IMG/VR virus record: IMGVR_UViG_3300034073_004910
Location: 1-64,000 of that record
Source of the DNA: a virus
Direction: 5' to 3' (one strand)
DNA: 64,000 bases
A program made the translations under genes and the position numbers. The notes beneath the pieces were generated by a model. It worked only from the letters and a program-made list of their open reading frames with translations, did no database searches and was not told the DNA's origin. Positions 48,518-59,596 of this stretch are shown here, piece by piece. Positions within the stretch are counted from its first letter, which is position 1. Every line of letters starts with the position of its first letter.

Positions 48518-49455
48518 TTACTGACGCCTGGCATCCGCAGGTAAATGGAGTTGTTACCACTTACACAAACATACTGAATCATTTGACAATTCCGTATGAA
48601 GTGATTTCACCTCAAAACTTTAAATCAATTTACAATCCTTTTTATCCAGAAATTCGACTGGCTTTACCTTTTGGATTGAAACAAAAATTACTTAGTTACG
48701 AACCCAACACTTCATTTCACATTGCAACTGAAGGACCGCTCGGCTGGAGAGCTCGCAGCATATTGAACAAAGCGGGACGAAGATACAGTACAGCTTTTCA
48801 TACACGCTTTCCTGAGTACTGTAACGTACGCTTTGGAATTCCAGTAAGCTGGGGATATAAATTTATAAATAAATTTCATTCCACTTCCAGTCGAGTATTT
48901 GTACCGTCAAATGAAATTGCAAAAGAGTTTTCGAACCGATCAACTGCTGTAATTTCTCGAGGCTACGATACGGAATATTTTTATGACGATAAGAAAATGG
49001 AAAGAAATAGCATACTGTATGTCGGACGACTGAGCAAAGAGAAAAACATAGAAGCCTTTTGTTCATTGCCGTATGACAATCTCGTAGTAGTTGGCGATGG
49101 CCCCGAGCGCAAAAGACTGGAGCGTAGATATAAAAATGTTCAGTTTGTGGGCTATAAGTTTGGACAAATTCTAGGCAATTATTATCGGCAAGCAAAAGTA
49201 ACAGTATTTCCCAGCAAAACGGATACATTTGGAATCACTTTACTGGAGGCAATGGCGTGCGGAAGCCCCGTGGCGAGTTATAACTGTAACAATACTAAAA
49301 ATATAATTATAAATGAATTGAACGGCTATCGCAATGACAATCTACATTTTGCTGTCAAAAAGTGTTTGACGATGAACAACAAAAGTGTAGCGAAAAGCGT
49401 GACGAAATATAACTGGCCTGAAGTGGCTCAAGAATTTCAGAAATGGCTGGTATAG
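48493..49455 (+). CDS. Glycosyltransferase family 4
   Basis: TDAWHPQVNGVV, HIATEGPLG, HTRFPEY, YVGRLSKEKN, FPSKTDTFGITLLEAMACG. Confidence 0.9.
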   Translation: MENIMLVLITDAWHPQVNGVVTTYTNILNHLTIPYEVISPQNFKSIYNPFYPEIRLALPFGLKQKLLSYEPNTSFHIATEGPLGWRARSILNKAGRRYSTAFHTRFPEYCNVRFGIPVSWGYKFINKFHSTSSRVFVPSNEIAKEFSNRSTAVISRGYDTEYFYDDKKMERNSILYVGRLSKEKNIEAFCSLPYDNLVVVGDGPERKRLERRYKNVQFVGYKFGQILGNYYRQAKVTVFPSKTDTFGITLLEAMACGSPVASYNCNNTKNIIINELNGYRNDNLHFAVKKCLTMNNKSVAKSVTKYNWPEVAQEFQKWLV

Positions 49456-49522
49456 TTCGCACACAGTAAGATTTAATTAACCCCTACTCAAAAATAAAAT
49501 AGTACTTTTTTAACTGAAAGAC

Positions 49523-49727
49523 TTGACTTCTTACAAAAGTCATGATATAATAATAGCATATAATTTATTACAAGCGACATTAACAGTTTCGTGCTAGGGT
49601 CTGGGAACTAGTTTAATTGATTAGTAAGCTGCATGATCACCTCTCGGGAGCCTGAAGCGGGAGAGAGGACAGTGATGCTGTTTACAATCTAATGTTAGTT
49701 GTTTCCATACCCTAGCACGCGGTTTTT
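49523..49727 (+). ncRNA. Candidate ncRNA: sigma70 promoter followed by a ~130-nt rod-like hairpin (49590-49719)
   Basis: TTGACT-17-TATAAT; CGTGCTAGGGT...ACCCTAGCACG with inner paired segments; no ORF. Confidence 0.45.
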
Positions 49728-50012
49728 ACATACCCTAAACGTGATTTCATTCTAAATATACGGTTTACATAATTGAATTTTACGGTTTGTATGGTTGAAT
49801 GAATTGAAATTGCGGTTTGTAAAAACTACAAAGTTCTAATCAATAATAAGTCGTAAAGTTTATTTGATTTATGTAATTACGTACAATATGAAGTCTAATT
49901 GCGTCAATTCGCGATTCTCGGGCGATACCGTTTATTGATTTTTGAATGAGCTGAGGAATTTAATAGCTAATAAGCTTATCTTAAATTTATAGGTAATTTT
50001 TATTAATTGTCT

Positions 50013-50354
50013 CTAGCTTTGGGCCTTTATGCTTGCATGTTTCTCCAGTATTGCTTTTTCCAGCAGTTGAAGTTCCAGCTTAGGAGCTTTTTCTAGTCCT
50101 TGAATACGCTCTGGGTTGAGGTTCAACAACCCCGCCAGGCGTGCAATAATCTCCTTTTTGGTTTCTGGTAGCTCGCCTCGCTTATTGAGATACCGCGTCT
50201 TTTCATACACTCCTTCTCTTGCTAGCTTGCCGATGATGCTTTTTTCGCTCTTGGAATAGCGGTCCGCCAGCTCCTCAATAGCACGCCTCTTGTTCTCACT
50301 CGCCACATAAAACGATACGATCTCATTAGTAATTTCTAGGTTGTAATTGCTCAT
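50013..50354 (-). CDS. T5 A2-like DNA-binding protein (paralog)
   Basis: ELA..KSIIGKLAREGVYEK..K.G..K..LEKAPK; shares the A2 pattern SVRSKL..YQK..LESAK. Confidence 0.55.
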   Translation of the reverse strand: MSNYNLEITNEIVSFYVASENKRRAIEELADRYSKSEKSIIGKLAREGVYEKTRYLNKRGELPETKKEIIARLAGLLNLNPERIQGLEKAPKLELQLLEKAILEKHASIKAQS

Positions 50355-50580
50355 AAACTCAACTCCAATTGATAGGGTTCAGACAGCCGCACGTCGCAGT
50401 TTTTAATCATGGTTGAAAAAATACTGTCGTAGTTGTGAACTTCAACGGCCAGCTCGATGTTGTAGTGATCTATAATTTCTACAAGAGCTGCGATTTTAGT
50501 TTCACTTTCCGCTAATCGAGCCAGATAAGATTCTCTCGAAGTATTAGTGATAGGAAATTGTACGATCATATTTACTCCAA

Positions 50581-50868
50581 TAAAAAACCCCGCAGAAGTT
50601 TCCCTCTGCGGGGTTGTATTCTGAGTAGCTCCCCGCTGCTCTCAGATTGAAAGTTTTACACTTTCTCCCGTACCTACGCTATTCATTCCAGAGTAGCGTC
50701 GCTATTTTATAGTAGCTTAGTAATTCGCTACTTGCAGCAATTCGGTCCTGAAAGGACCAAACCCCGCTGGGGTTTTAAATAGAGCTTAAATCTAACAATT
50801 TAAGATATTTTGCGCTGAAAGCGCACAACCCCGCTGAAGTTTGTGTTAACATGTAACTCAACTTCAGA
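50581..50868 (-). ncRNA. Candidate ~290-nt structured ncRNA with repeated CAGCGGGG motifs
   Basis: TTGACA-17-TATAAT promoter (50903-50875), several hairpins, strong terminator (50581-50615), no ORF. Confidence 0.55.
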
Positions 50869-51680
50869 AAATACATTATAGAGCACTTGAGCTAGAATGT
50901 CAACAACTATTTTTCAATTGCTGCTAACTTCTGGGCTACTTGAACCGCCTCAATGTAAAGTGGATGCCCACGATGTTTAATCGCTTCGTTTCTTAGAAAC
51001 CAGCGAGCATTGAGAGGAGTACCCTCTTGGCGGTTCTCAGGAACACCTAGCTTTTTCATTATGCTTGCAAAAGTCATGTTTCTGATCTCCGCTGTCGAAG
51101 ATCCTCAAGAGCTACGCGAAACATTTCTTTTTCCAGCGTCATGAGCGTGCTTTCGTAAATTACGGCTACGTCAGCTAACGCAGAAAAAAGTTCTGCATCA
51201 GTAAACTCGCCTTGAATTCCACAGTGCTCTTTCATCTCAGAAACTTCCAAAAGAGAGGCAACAACGCAGCCGTTACGATCTTCCCAAGATTGAAGTTCCC
51301 GCCATTTTTGTTTTGCTTTAATATTCATGCCTTAGGACTCCGCACCAAATAATAGGTATTGTTTTCGATGTAACAGCCGTAGTCGTGTTTTACACGAAGA
51401 TAGAAAATTGCATTTTCTGTTCGTCCATGTACGAAAGCTACTGGACCTTTCCAGCATTCTTCAAAGAAGTCATTGCTTTCGCGTACAAAATGACAAATTC
51501 GTAGTTGAAGTAGAGCTGCTGCTCTGCTTTTCCACTCGTACATTGTTGCACTCCTTGAAATACAAAAGTCGCCCCTCTCCCGCGCTTTTGTTGACTTTCC
51601 ACACTTGTTGAAAGTCTTACCGCACTTCTATGCGAGATCAGCGTTGCGCTGCTCGTAAGAAGAGGAAGCTTTGCACTTCC

Positions 51681-52019
51681 TCAGACCTGACCAACTGCCG
51701 CAACTTTAAGCTCTTCGAGCTTACGATACAAGCGAATCAGGTCAATTTTGCTTGCCTTGCCGAAGGATTCTACAGGAAAACCCAGAGTACCTTCGATCAT
51801 GGAGACAAGCATTTCTTTGCGTACCGGGAGCTCCCCAGTCTTGGTGAGACGAGGCTGCTTCCGGTAAACACCTTCACGAGAAAGCTTAGCAATGATCGAC
51901 TTTACAGGTCGATTCATTTCTTCTGCAAGCTCCTGAACCGTCTGAAGATTGGGTTCAGCCGAATAGCGCTCTACCATGTGAGCCACCATTTCGCTCGTGT
52001 AGTTCGTTGCTTCTTTCAT
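51681..52019 (-). CDS. T5 A2-like DNA-binding protein (paralog)
   Basis: ELAEEM..VKSIIAKLSREGVYRK..TKTGE..RK..KASK.DL. Confidence 0.55.
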   Translation of the reverse strand: MKEATNYTSEMVAHMVERYSAEPNLQTVQELAEEMNRPVKSIIAKLSREGVYRKQPRLTKTGELPVRKEMLVSMIEGTLGFPVESFGKASKIDLIRLYRKLEELKVAAVGQV

Positions 52020-53869
52020 TTGCTTTTCCCTCATTTCGAAAAACTATTATACAGGCAATCGAGGTGAAAAATCAAGTACTATTTTTTTAATCCTTGGAGC
52101 TGCTTGCTGAATAAAAATTGGTACTTGCTTTCCCGCCGAATTGAGAAACTATTATGCGCTCACCAAGCAGTAAAGTCAAGAGTCATTTTTCGATTGTAAA
52201 CAAAATGTACAGACCAATGACAAGTGCTGCTAGCATTGCAAAATCCATAAGAAACTGCATTAGGTACTCCCAGTTACAATTGCATTGTGAATGTCTAGAA
52301 AACCTGCTTCTTGTGCAAGACCGTATGCAGAGCGATCAAAACCAAAAACATTATACAGCACATGCCGATAACTGCCTTGATCGACAATTTCACCCTGATG
52401 AATACGTCGAATAACAGCACAAAACAATGCCAGTTGATCTTCTTTCGAAAAAGAATTCCAAAATTCTTCTTGCTTTTGAATTACAGCAGGCCGTCGAGCT
52501 TCGTAGCTTTGTTGAAGTGCATAAAAAAATTCAATGTTTTCCATTAAATAAACTCCCGTCCTCGAAAACTATAGCCTTCTGCGTCGATCCAATCCTGCAC
52601 ACTCATACCAACTTCATTGAGAGAAATATTTTTTATGCCGTCTTCAGAAACATAGTTTGGAGATTTATACGTTTCAACGTAGTTTACAAACCAGGAGTAA
52701 GTAACTCGATCTCCAAACTCATCATAAATTTGTTCGTTCTTAAGAAACTCTTTCCACTCCTGCCACGACTCTAGCTTTTCGTGAGTGTACCCACGAAAAA
52801 TAAACGCATGACCAAATGCCGCAACACCGATATGATAAAGTTCATCAAATCGCTTGCAGCATTTACAGAAGTTGTTCCCTGTGTAATAATTAACTTTCAT
52901 TATTCATTCCCTCTGCAAACGCTTCATAACCTTTTTGCGTCAATACAATCGTCTCATCGAAAGACTGTATCAATTCCTTTCGAACAAGAGAGCTGCAAAC
53001 TCCTGAAAGAGCTCTTCCTTCCAGACCAGAAGGATATTTTGCATCATTGATACAATTCGTCCAGACTTCTGCATTTGCTTCTTCGTAGCAAGTAGGAATT
53101 CCGTAGTTCATGTGATTGAAACAATTCGTTGCAATCGCACGAAGAACTGCAAACTCTTTATTCGTTAGATTCATTTTCTTCGACATTCCACATACGAATA
53201 TAGTTTAGTGCAAATGCGACTTGATTAGCAGGATAACCACTATCCAACAGAAAAATTCTCAGATCTGGATCTTTTTGAGAATTCCAGATCTTAGGAAAAC
53301 CAAATCTCCAGCCTTCTGGTGGGTCTATCCAAACTTTACCGTAATTATACATTTCAGTAATCCTCGTTATCTCGACCGGTCGTACCCCAGGAAACTGGAC
53401 CATATGCAGTCGACTTAATGCTGTTGTAGAGAATCACTCGCCATGCGTCGTAGTATGCTTGAGTCGAATTGTCAAACTCCTCCAAATCGTCTTCGGTAGG
53501 AGGGGGCAGTTCTTCAAAGGCTTCTTCTGCCATGATCACAGCTTGCTCATAACCATAATCTTCTGCATCTTCACGCGAACACGCCGAGATGACAAGCTCG
53601 TAGTCTTTGTTGTAGATTCCATAATTAACGAGGTACCTAGGCATGTATGCTCTCCATTTGTGATTGCAAGCTTTTTCCAAATTCGAAAAGTATTATAGGT
53701 TCATTGGGTCGCAAAGTCAAGAGAGAAATTCGGTTTCCTAAGGATTCGATTGAGCAAAATTTTCGGGGCCCAGCAAATTTTGTCAACTACTTTTTTATAA
53801 TTTGGACAAAATTTTCCCCAAAATTGTATAAAACCGGATTAAATTCCTGCAATTCCACGGACCCCGCTC

Positions 53870-54500
53870 CGGGGGCCGGAAAAAATTGGGGTAATTTGTG
53901 CGGGGTCGGTGCAAGCCGAGTCGGGGTTTGTGCAAATTACTGCAAATTAGTGCACCCGCCCGGGCGGTTGTAAAAAGACTAGCAAAAGCAACTCGGTGGA
54001 GCAAATAAAAAATTTGACTTGACAAATAGGGGGTGCGAAAAGTATAATGGGCGCGCGCAAGTGCAGCGCAATTTGCATTGCTTTTGCACTTGGGCGCGGA
54101 AAATATTGCATTGATTTTGCACTTGCTGGTCGGCGCGCGGGTTCAAGCGGGGTTGGAAAGCAAAACGGGGTTGCTGCAAATTTATTGATAATTAGTGCAA
54201 ATTGGTGCACCCGCCCGGGCACTCGTAAATTTAGTACTTGACATCGCTTTCGCACTTGGGCGCAGGCTCGCTGCAAATTTTTTTCTTCAAAAAAATTTTT
54301 TTAAGTGCAAAAAACTTGACTAAAGTACAAAAATGCAGCAAATTCAGCAGCATACGTAGATTTAGTACTTGCATCGCTTTTGCACTTGGGCGCAGGAGGC
54401 GCCGGGGGTTGAATGGGCAGGTAGCTTGCCGCCGGGGGGTTGAATGGGCAGGTGGGTTGACGAAATCGGGGGCAATGGCAGGTAGCTTGCGCAAACCCCG
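53870..54500. repeat. ORF-poor region of short direct and inverted repeats (putative injection-stop / terminal-repeat boundary)
   Basis: GTGCACCCGCCCGGGC x2, TT(T/C)GCACTTGGGCGC x3, GGGGGTTGAATGGGCAGG x2, many TTGCA/TGCAA; sits where gene density and GC change. Confidence 0.55.
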
Positions 54501-54632
54501 CCCGATGAGCAAGAAACTTGACGAACGCCCCCAGGCGGCAAATGCGAATGAGAATCATTCGCATTTCCGGCGCAATGTTATAACATACCATTGAGCGAGT
54601 AAATGAAGGGGCGCTCGTCGCGCCCCAGTCAT

Positions 54633-54953
54633 CTATCGAGCGATCGCTTCGAGCAACCGTTCGAGTGACACCTTACTTGCCTTTTCCAGCCCATCCAGAC
54701 TGTTAGCGGCCAGACTCAATGCCTGCTCAATTCGGTCTACCGTGACTTCCTTGGAAGCAACCGGCTTTCCATCCTTACGAACCCGTTCGAGTTTTTGGTA
54801 GGGAATTCCTTCCCGAATCGCTTTTGCGATGATGCTTTTGACTTTCGCATCAAACTGCTCTGCCAGCCCTTCTACCTTTTCAAGGTTGAGCGGGGCCGCA
54901 TCGCGCATCGCGGTCAGAAGGGTCGGGTTAAACGTGCTAGCTTTCTCTGCCAT
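54633..54953 (-). CDS. T5 A2-like protein, copy 1
   Basis: LAEQF..KVKSIIAKAIREGIPYQK..RKDG..LDGLEKASK; near-identical to 59067-59387. Confidence 0.6.
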   Translation of the reverse strand: MAEKASTFNPTLLTAMRDAAPLNLEKVEGLAEQFDAKVKSIIAKAIREGIPYQKLERVRKDGKPVASKEVTVDRIEQALSLAANSLDGLEKASKVSLERLLEAIAR

Positions 54954-55324
54954 TTTGGCTTCCTCTTTTGGCTCGCTGGCCTATCCAGCGAATGAGAGAA
55001 TTATACGCCCATCGAGCCGAAAAGGAAAGAACTCTTTTTCATATCGCTGGCCGTTTTCATGCGAAAAAATTCCTTGACAAGCGCAGCGCGCTTGTGATAA
55101 AATCGGCGCGGCTATTGTCAAGTAAGTTGACAATTCGCCCCCAGGCGCCAAATGCGAATGAGAATCAATCGCATTTGGCAAGCAAAAAATAAGGCGTTAT
55201 AACGCCTTATTTTAAATATGCATCCTCGTATGTATCAAATATAAACGCGCATTCTAGCAGAAGATTTATTATTAGCGGGTTTAGGCAAATTAGCCTAAAC
55301 CCTTCTACCAGTTCCATCATATTA

Positions 55325-55996
55325 TTATGCCGCCTTTTGAACAATACGCCACGGATTAGGCGTTATTACATTGTAGGGAACCTTGCGCTTATGCTTGAAA
55401 CATTCTGCAAGAATTTCCGTTTCGATAATAGCGTCCGACAATGCAGTATGATCCTCGATAAAGTCATGATTACCGGAAATAAAACGATAGGCAAACTCTG
55501 CACCAGTCTTAATATTACCCTTAGCAGAAACCCAACCGCTATTCTGAGCGAGTTTAATGTAAGACTTTTTGTTGAGTCTTACTTCGCAAGCAAAACGCCA
55601 GATATCGAGTTCACGAATATCGGACGAAAACAGCGGAGCGGTATTATATTGTTCGCCCATGTTACGCAATACACGTTCATCGAATCCCAGATTATAAGCG
55701 GCTACAGTATCAATCTTATAATCAATCGCAAGATTGCGAATAGTATTAGATACCGTTTCCCATGATTCCATCTTAACAGTACCGTCGTTCAGCATGGGGG
55801 CGTAGTGCGTGAACATCTTGCGAGCGTAGAATGCGCCCATCATTCGTTCCGCATTCGTGAATACTTCGCGCACCAGTGCATTGTACTGGTGAACAATGTT
55901 ACCCTGACGATCAGTAATCGTAAGGCCAACGTCGTAAACGTGACCGTTCAGGTCGCACGTTTCGGTATCGAGAACCATAATCATTTGCTTTGCCAT
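55325..55996 (-). CDS. DEDDh 3'-5' exonuclease
   Basis: VLDTET, AYNLGFD, EDHTALSDA. Confidence 0.8.
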   Translation of the reverse strand: MAKQMIMVLDTETCDLNGHVYDVGLTITDRQGNIVHQYNALVREVFTNAERMMGAFYARKMFTHYAPMLNDGTVKMESWETVSNTIRNLAIDYKIDTVAAYNLGFDERVLRNMGEQYNTAPLFSSDIRELDIWRFACEVRLNKKSYIKLAQNSGWVSAKGNIKTGAEFAYRFISGNHDFIEDHTALSDAIIETEILAECFKHKRKVPYNVITPNPWRIVQKAA

Positions 55997-56052
55997 CTTC
56001 GCGAACCCTTGCTGTGAGTGAGAACCTACTATACTCAACGCCGAACCGGCTG

Positions 56053-56478
56053 TCAACGGTTTTCGTATCGAAAGACAAAAAATTCCTGCATCGCTCGGGC
56101 TTCCATTTCCCAAGGGGCGAGCCAATAGTCTAAATCCGTTTCGTTGGAATAAACCTTGCCTTTATATAAAACCTTATCGTTTGCAATATCTTGCAATTCT
56201 CCTTTTACCCATTGTTTAATATGCGTCATTTCATGCGCTACTAATTCCATTAGTCGCTGTTCTGACAACATAAGTTCTTCATTAATAATAATAAAGAACA
56301 AATCGTCATCGCCCCTAAAACATGCAGCATCCGCAGCACCAGAAACAAAATTTTCTATGCAGTCTGCCGATATATCAACGCCAATGTTTTTTGGCAGCTT
56401 ATAAAAGCTTACGCAATCTTTTGCGATAGCTTTCGCAATAGTATTAAAGCGCTTAAAGCCCAAATCAACCTCGATCAT
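56053..56478 (-). CDS. Zn metallopeptidase-like protein
   Basis: LVAHEMTHIKQ (HExxH), PWEMEA. Confidence 0.7.
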   Translation of the reverse strand: MIEVDLGFKRFNTIAKAIAKDCVSFYKLPKNIGVDISADCIENFVSGAADAACFRGDDDLFFIIINEELMLSEQRLMELVAHEMTHIKQWVKGELQDIANDKVLYKGKVYSNETDLDYWLAPWEMEARAMQEFFVFRYENR

Positions 56479-56606
56479 TTTCGCGTTCCTTCACAACCAA
56501 CACAGATATTATAGTCTAACGGGGGCCAAAAGTAAACATGAGAATTTCGTTTAGAATCAATGACTTAGATCAACCCGACCTTCGAGTTTTTCAATTTCAG
56601 TCATAC

Positions 56607-56792
56607 TTACCACACCAAGCGACGTACTTCCGAATCTAGCATCCATTCTTCAATGTAAACTGTTTCTACCATTTTACATTCATTATCGAGTTCAAGAGCC
56701 CGACATTTCGCTTTTTCGAGGTCAGAATATACTGCTACCGTAACGCGACCGTTCTGCGTACTTTCAAGAACAATACCATACACTACATTCAT
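56607..56792 (-). CDS. Small pre-early protein, paralog family 1/3
   Basis: VY....VYSD..KA..A.EL...VYIEEW..DS. Confidence 0.6.
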   Translation of the reverse strand: MNVVYGIVLESTQNGRVTVAVYSDLEKAKCRALELDNECKMVETVYIEEWMLDSEVRRLVW

Positions 56793-56991
56793 TTTCGCGT
56801 TCCTTCATTCGATGACAAGCATTCTAGCGGGTTTCATGCAGCCAGACTAGTGAAAGATTTTCATGGTGCCATGAGAAAAATTCGCTTGACAAGTATGGGA
56901 TGGGGATGGTATAATTTCGGCGCCATATTGACAAGTAGCTTGTCAATCGCCGAGGCGCCAAATGCGAATGATTCGCATTCGCATTTGCCCG

Positions 56992-57246
56992 TTATTGGTA
57001 AACAATCAACGCCAAAAGCGATGATTGTAAAAAGAACCCTATTCCGTTTGACGTTATATGCAAAAAGTCACGGTTGCCTATTGCGCGAATAAAATAAAGC
57101 GCCAGCCCAGCCCACACCATTAAGACTAATGAAATTTCAGGCAATTTAACATCCTGCCCGTTCAGTATTCCTATCGTAGTGGGAACCGTCGCGCCTTGAA
57201 TAAATAGCATACCGAGCCATCCGCAAAATTCGCAAAGGTTTTTCAT
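56992..57246 (-). CDS. Three-TM membrane protein (SemiSWEET/PQ-loop-like size)
   Basis: GWLGML..ATVPT; three hydrophobic helices. Confidence 0.45.
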   Translation of the reverse strand: MKNLCEFCGWLGMLFIQGATVPTTIGILNGQDVKLPEISLVLMVWAGLALYFIRAIGNRDFLHITSNGIGFFLQSSLLALIVYQ

Positions 57247-57727
57247 TCCTTCACCTTGACTTCAGTAATGCTGCAAGTCAGAAAATGATCTGGAGTCGCT
57301 CCCCAGATATACCCGTTTTCAGAATGCCAAGTTATTGGGTCACCATCTAACATTTTGTGTATCGCTTTTTGCGCGGCCTTCACGCTAACGTAAAGCCCTG
57401 CAATTGCACCGATTTCTTGGATATATACAACCGGATCTATGGTTAGCTTGTAAACGATCATTTTGCGTTCCTTCAGTTGAGAGAAGTATTCTAGCCCAGC
57501 GCGCGCTCGGTGTCAATCATTTTCTTCGGGCTTTTTCCAGTAGACTGCCAAGCGCTTGCAATTGAAGCGAATCGTGATTGATTCGTGCCCGTCGCGAATC
57601 GAAGTGTATCGCTTATAATTGGGACCAATGCTATCAACTTGAAAATCCCTGCCATTTTCCCAGTCTGCCAGCGCCTTAGCGGCTGAAGTGTAATCGCGAC
57701 CATACCCCGGAATTACTGTCATTTTAT

Positions 57728-57922
57728 TTATTCCCTCGACCAAACTGTAACAGAAAATTCGCTATCCATCATCCATTCTTCAATATAAACGCTTTCTCCC
57801 ATTTCGCATTGGCTCAATAATTCTTCAGCGAGTTTCACCGCCTTATTATAATCGGAATAAACTCCGACCGTAGCATAGCTGTTGTCCGAAGGCTCGCCAA
57901 ATACAACAGTGTATACATTCAT
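57728..57922 (-). CDS. Small pre-early protein, paralog family 2/3
   Basis: MNVYTV..VGVYSD..KA..AEEL..VYIEEWMMDS. Confidence 0.6.
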   Translation of the reverse strand: MNVYTVVFGEPSDNSYATVGVYSDYNKAVKLAEELLSQCEMGESVYIEEWMMDSEFSVTVWSRE

Positions 57923-58250
57923 TTTTACATCCCTCTATTCGATGACAAGCATTCTAGCGGGGTTCGTGCGAATAGACTAGTGAAATATTTTCATGATGCC
58001 ATGAGAAAAATTCGCTTGACAAGTAATGGATAGGGGTGATATAATTTTGGCGCCATATTGACAAGTAGCTTGACAATTCGCCCCGAGGCGGCAAATGCGA
58101 ATGATTCTCATTTGCATCGCTGCTCTTGTACCTCGCGCCTAACCAAATGCTTGACAATTGCGCGCTTAACATGCTTACCATGTTTAGCGGAATGCGTTCC
58201 TGCTCGCCCTGCTAAATGCGCGTTTTTAGCTACAAAATTTTGCGCTTTCA

Positions 58251-58697
58251 TTATACGTCCCTCGGGTGTATTGCGTTAATTCCCAGTATTTTAACAGTGT
58301 TTCTTACAGAATCATTATCTTCATAAAATACATTAGAAACGCGGTGAAAGTCTACATTTAATCCTGACAGTAAGTCATATTTTAGAAGTGCATCGGGCCG
58401 ATTATCGTTCTCACCTTCGCGGGACAATACGCGATCAAAGTGTAACCCATGAGTACGCAAAAAGGTAAAGTCTGCCATCTGCAATACTCGCGCAGTACAA
58501 ATTACGACAATATTACCAGCATTCCAAACGTCACGCCAAACGTTAGCGAGCGGTAAAAGTTTATCTTGCATAATCTTTTCGGGCGTAGAATTTGCTCGCC
58601 ATCCGGCAAGGCAAAAGCTACCGTCCGCATTCGCAACAGAACGATGGCTTGAATCTATGACCGTTCCATCTAAATCGAAAATGTTATATCTTGGCAT
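58251..58697 (-). CDS. HAD-family phosphatase (PNKP phosphatase-like)
   Basis: IFDLDGTV, ICTAR, RPD..LK, FYEDN. Confidence 0.8.
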   Translation of the reverse strand: MPRYNIFDLDGTVIDSSHRSVANADGSFCLAGWRANSTPEKIMQDKLLPLANVWRDVWNAGNIVVICTARVLQMADFTFLRTHGLHFDRVLSREGENDNRPDALLKYDLLSGLNVDFHRVSNVFYEDNDSVRNTVKILGINAIHPRDV

Positions 58698-59066
58698 TTT
58701 CTTAAACCCCGTAAACGTGTGCGCTGGCAACAATGATTGCAAAAAGAACGACTCTGCTAAGAGCGGAAGTGAGTACTAATTCTGCGAGCTTTTTCATTCG
58801 TTCCGTTTCCTGATTCAATGGGAGTATTCTACCGGGTCCGAGCAAAAAGTACAAGAACTCTTTTTCATATCGCTGGCCGTTTTCATGCGAAAAAATTCCT
58901 TGACAAAACCCATGCGGTTATCGTAAAATCGGCGCGGCTATTGACAAGTAGCTTGTCAATTCGCCGAGGCGGCAAATGCGAATGATTCTCATTTGCATTT
59001 GCCGAGCAACGTTATAACATACCATTGAGCGGGTAAATGAAGGGGCGCTCATCGCGCCCCGATCAT

Positions 59067-59387
59067 CTATCGAGCAATCGCTTCCAGCAACCGCTCGAGT
59101 GACACCTTACTTGCCTTTTCCAGCCCATCCAGACTGTTAGTGGCCAGATTCAATGCTTGCTCAATTCGGTCTACCGTGACTTCCTTGGAAGCAACTGGCT
59201 TTCCATCCTTGCGAACCCGTTCGAGTTTCTGGTAGGGAATTCCTTCCCGAATCGCTTTTGCGATGATGCTCTTGACTTTCGCATCAAACTGCTCTGCAAG
59301 GCTCTCTACCTTTTCAAGGTTCAGAGGCGCTGCATCGCGCATCGCGGTCAGAAGGGTCGGGTTAAACGTGCTAGCTTTCTCTGCCAT
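59067..59387 (-). CDS. T5 A2-like protein, copy 2
   Basis: 3 aa differences from 54633-54953. Confidence 0.6.
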   Translation of the reverse strand: MAEKASTFNPTLLTAMRDAAPLNLEKVESLAEQFDAKVKSIIAKAIREGIPYQKLERVRKDGKPVASKEVTVDRIEQALNLATNSLDGLEKASKVSLERLLEAIAR

Positions 59388-59596
59388 TTTGGCTTTCTCC
59401 TTTGGCTCGCTGGCCTATCCAGCGAATGAGAGTATTCTACAGGGCCTGAGCAAAAAGTACAAGACCTTTTTTTCATATCGCTGGCCGTTTTCATGCAAAA
59501 AAATTCCTTGACAAGCGCAGCGCGCTTATGATAAAATCGGCGCGCCCATTGTCAAGTAGCTTGACAATTCGCGCCGAGGCTACAAATGCGAAGATT

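Noticed and set aside
53795-54594. Overlapping ORFs in the repeat region
   Set aside because: Translations of repeats and palindromes with no protein-like features or clear RBS.
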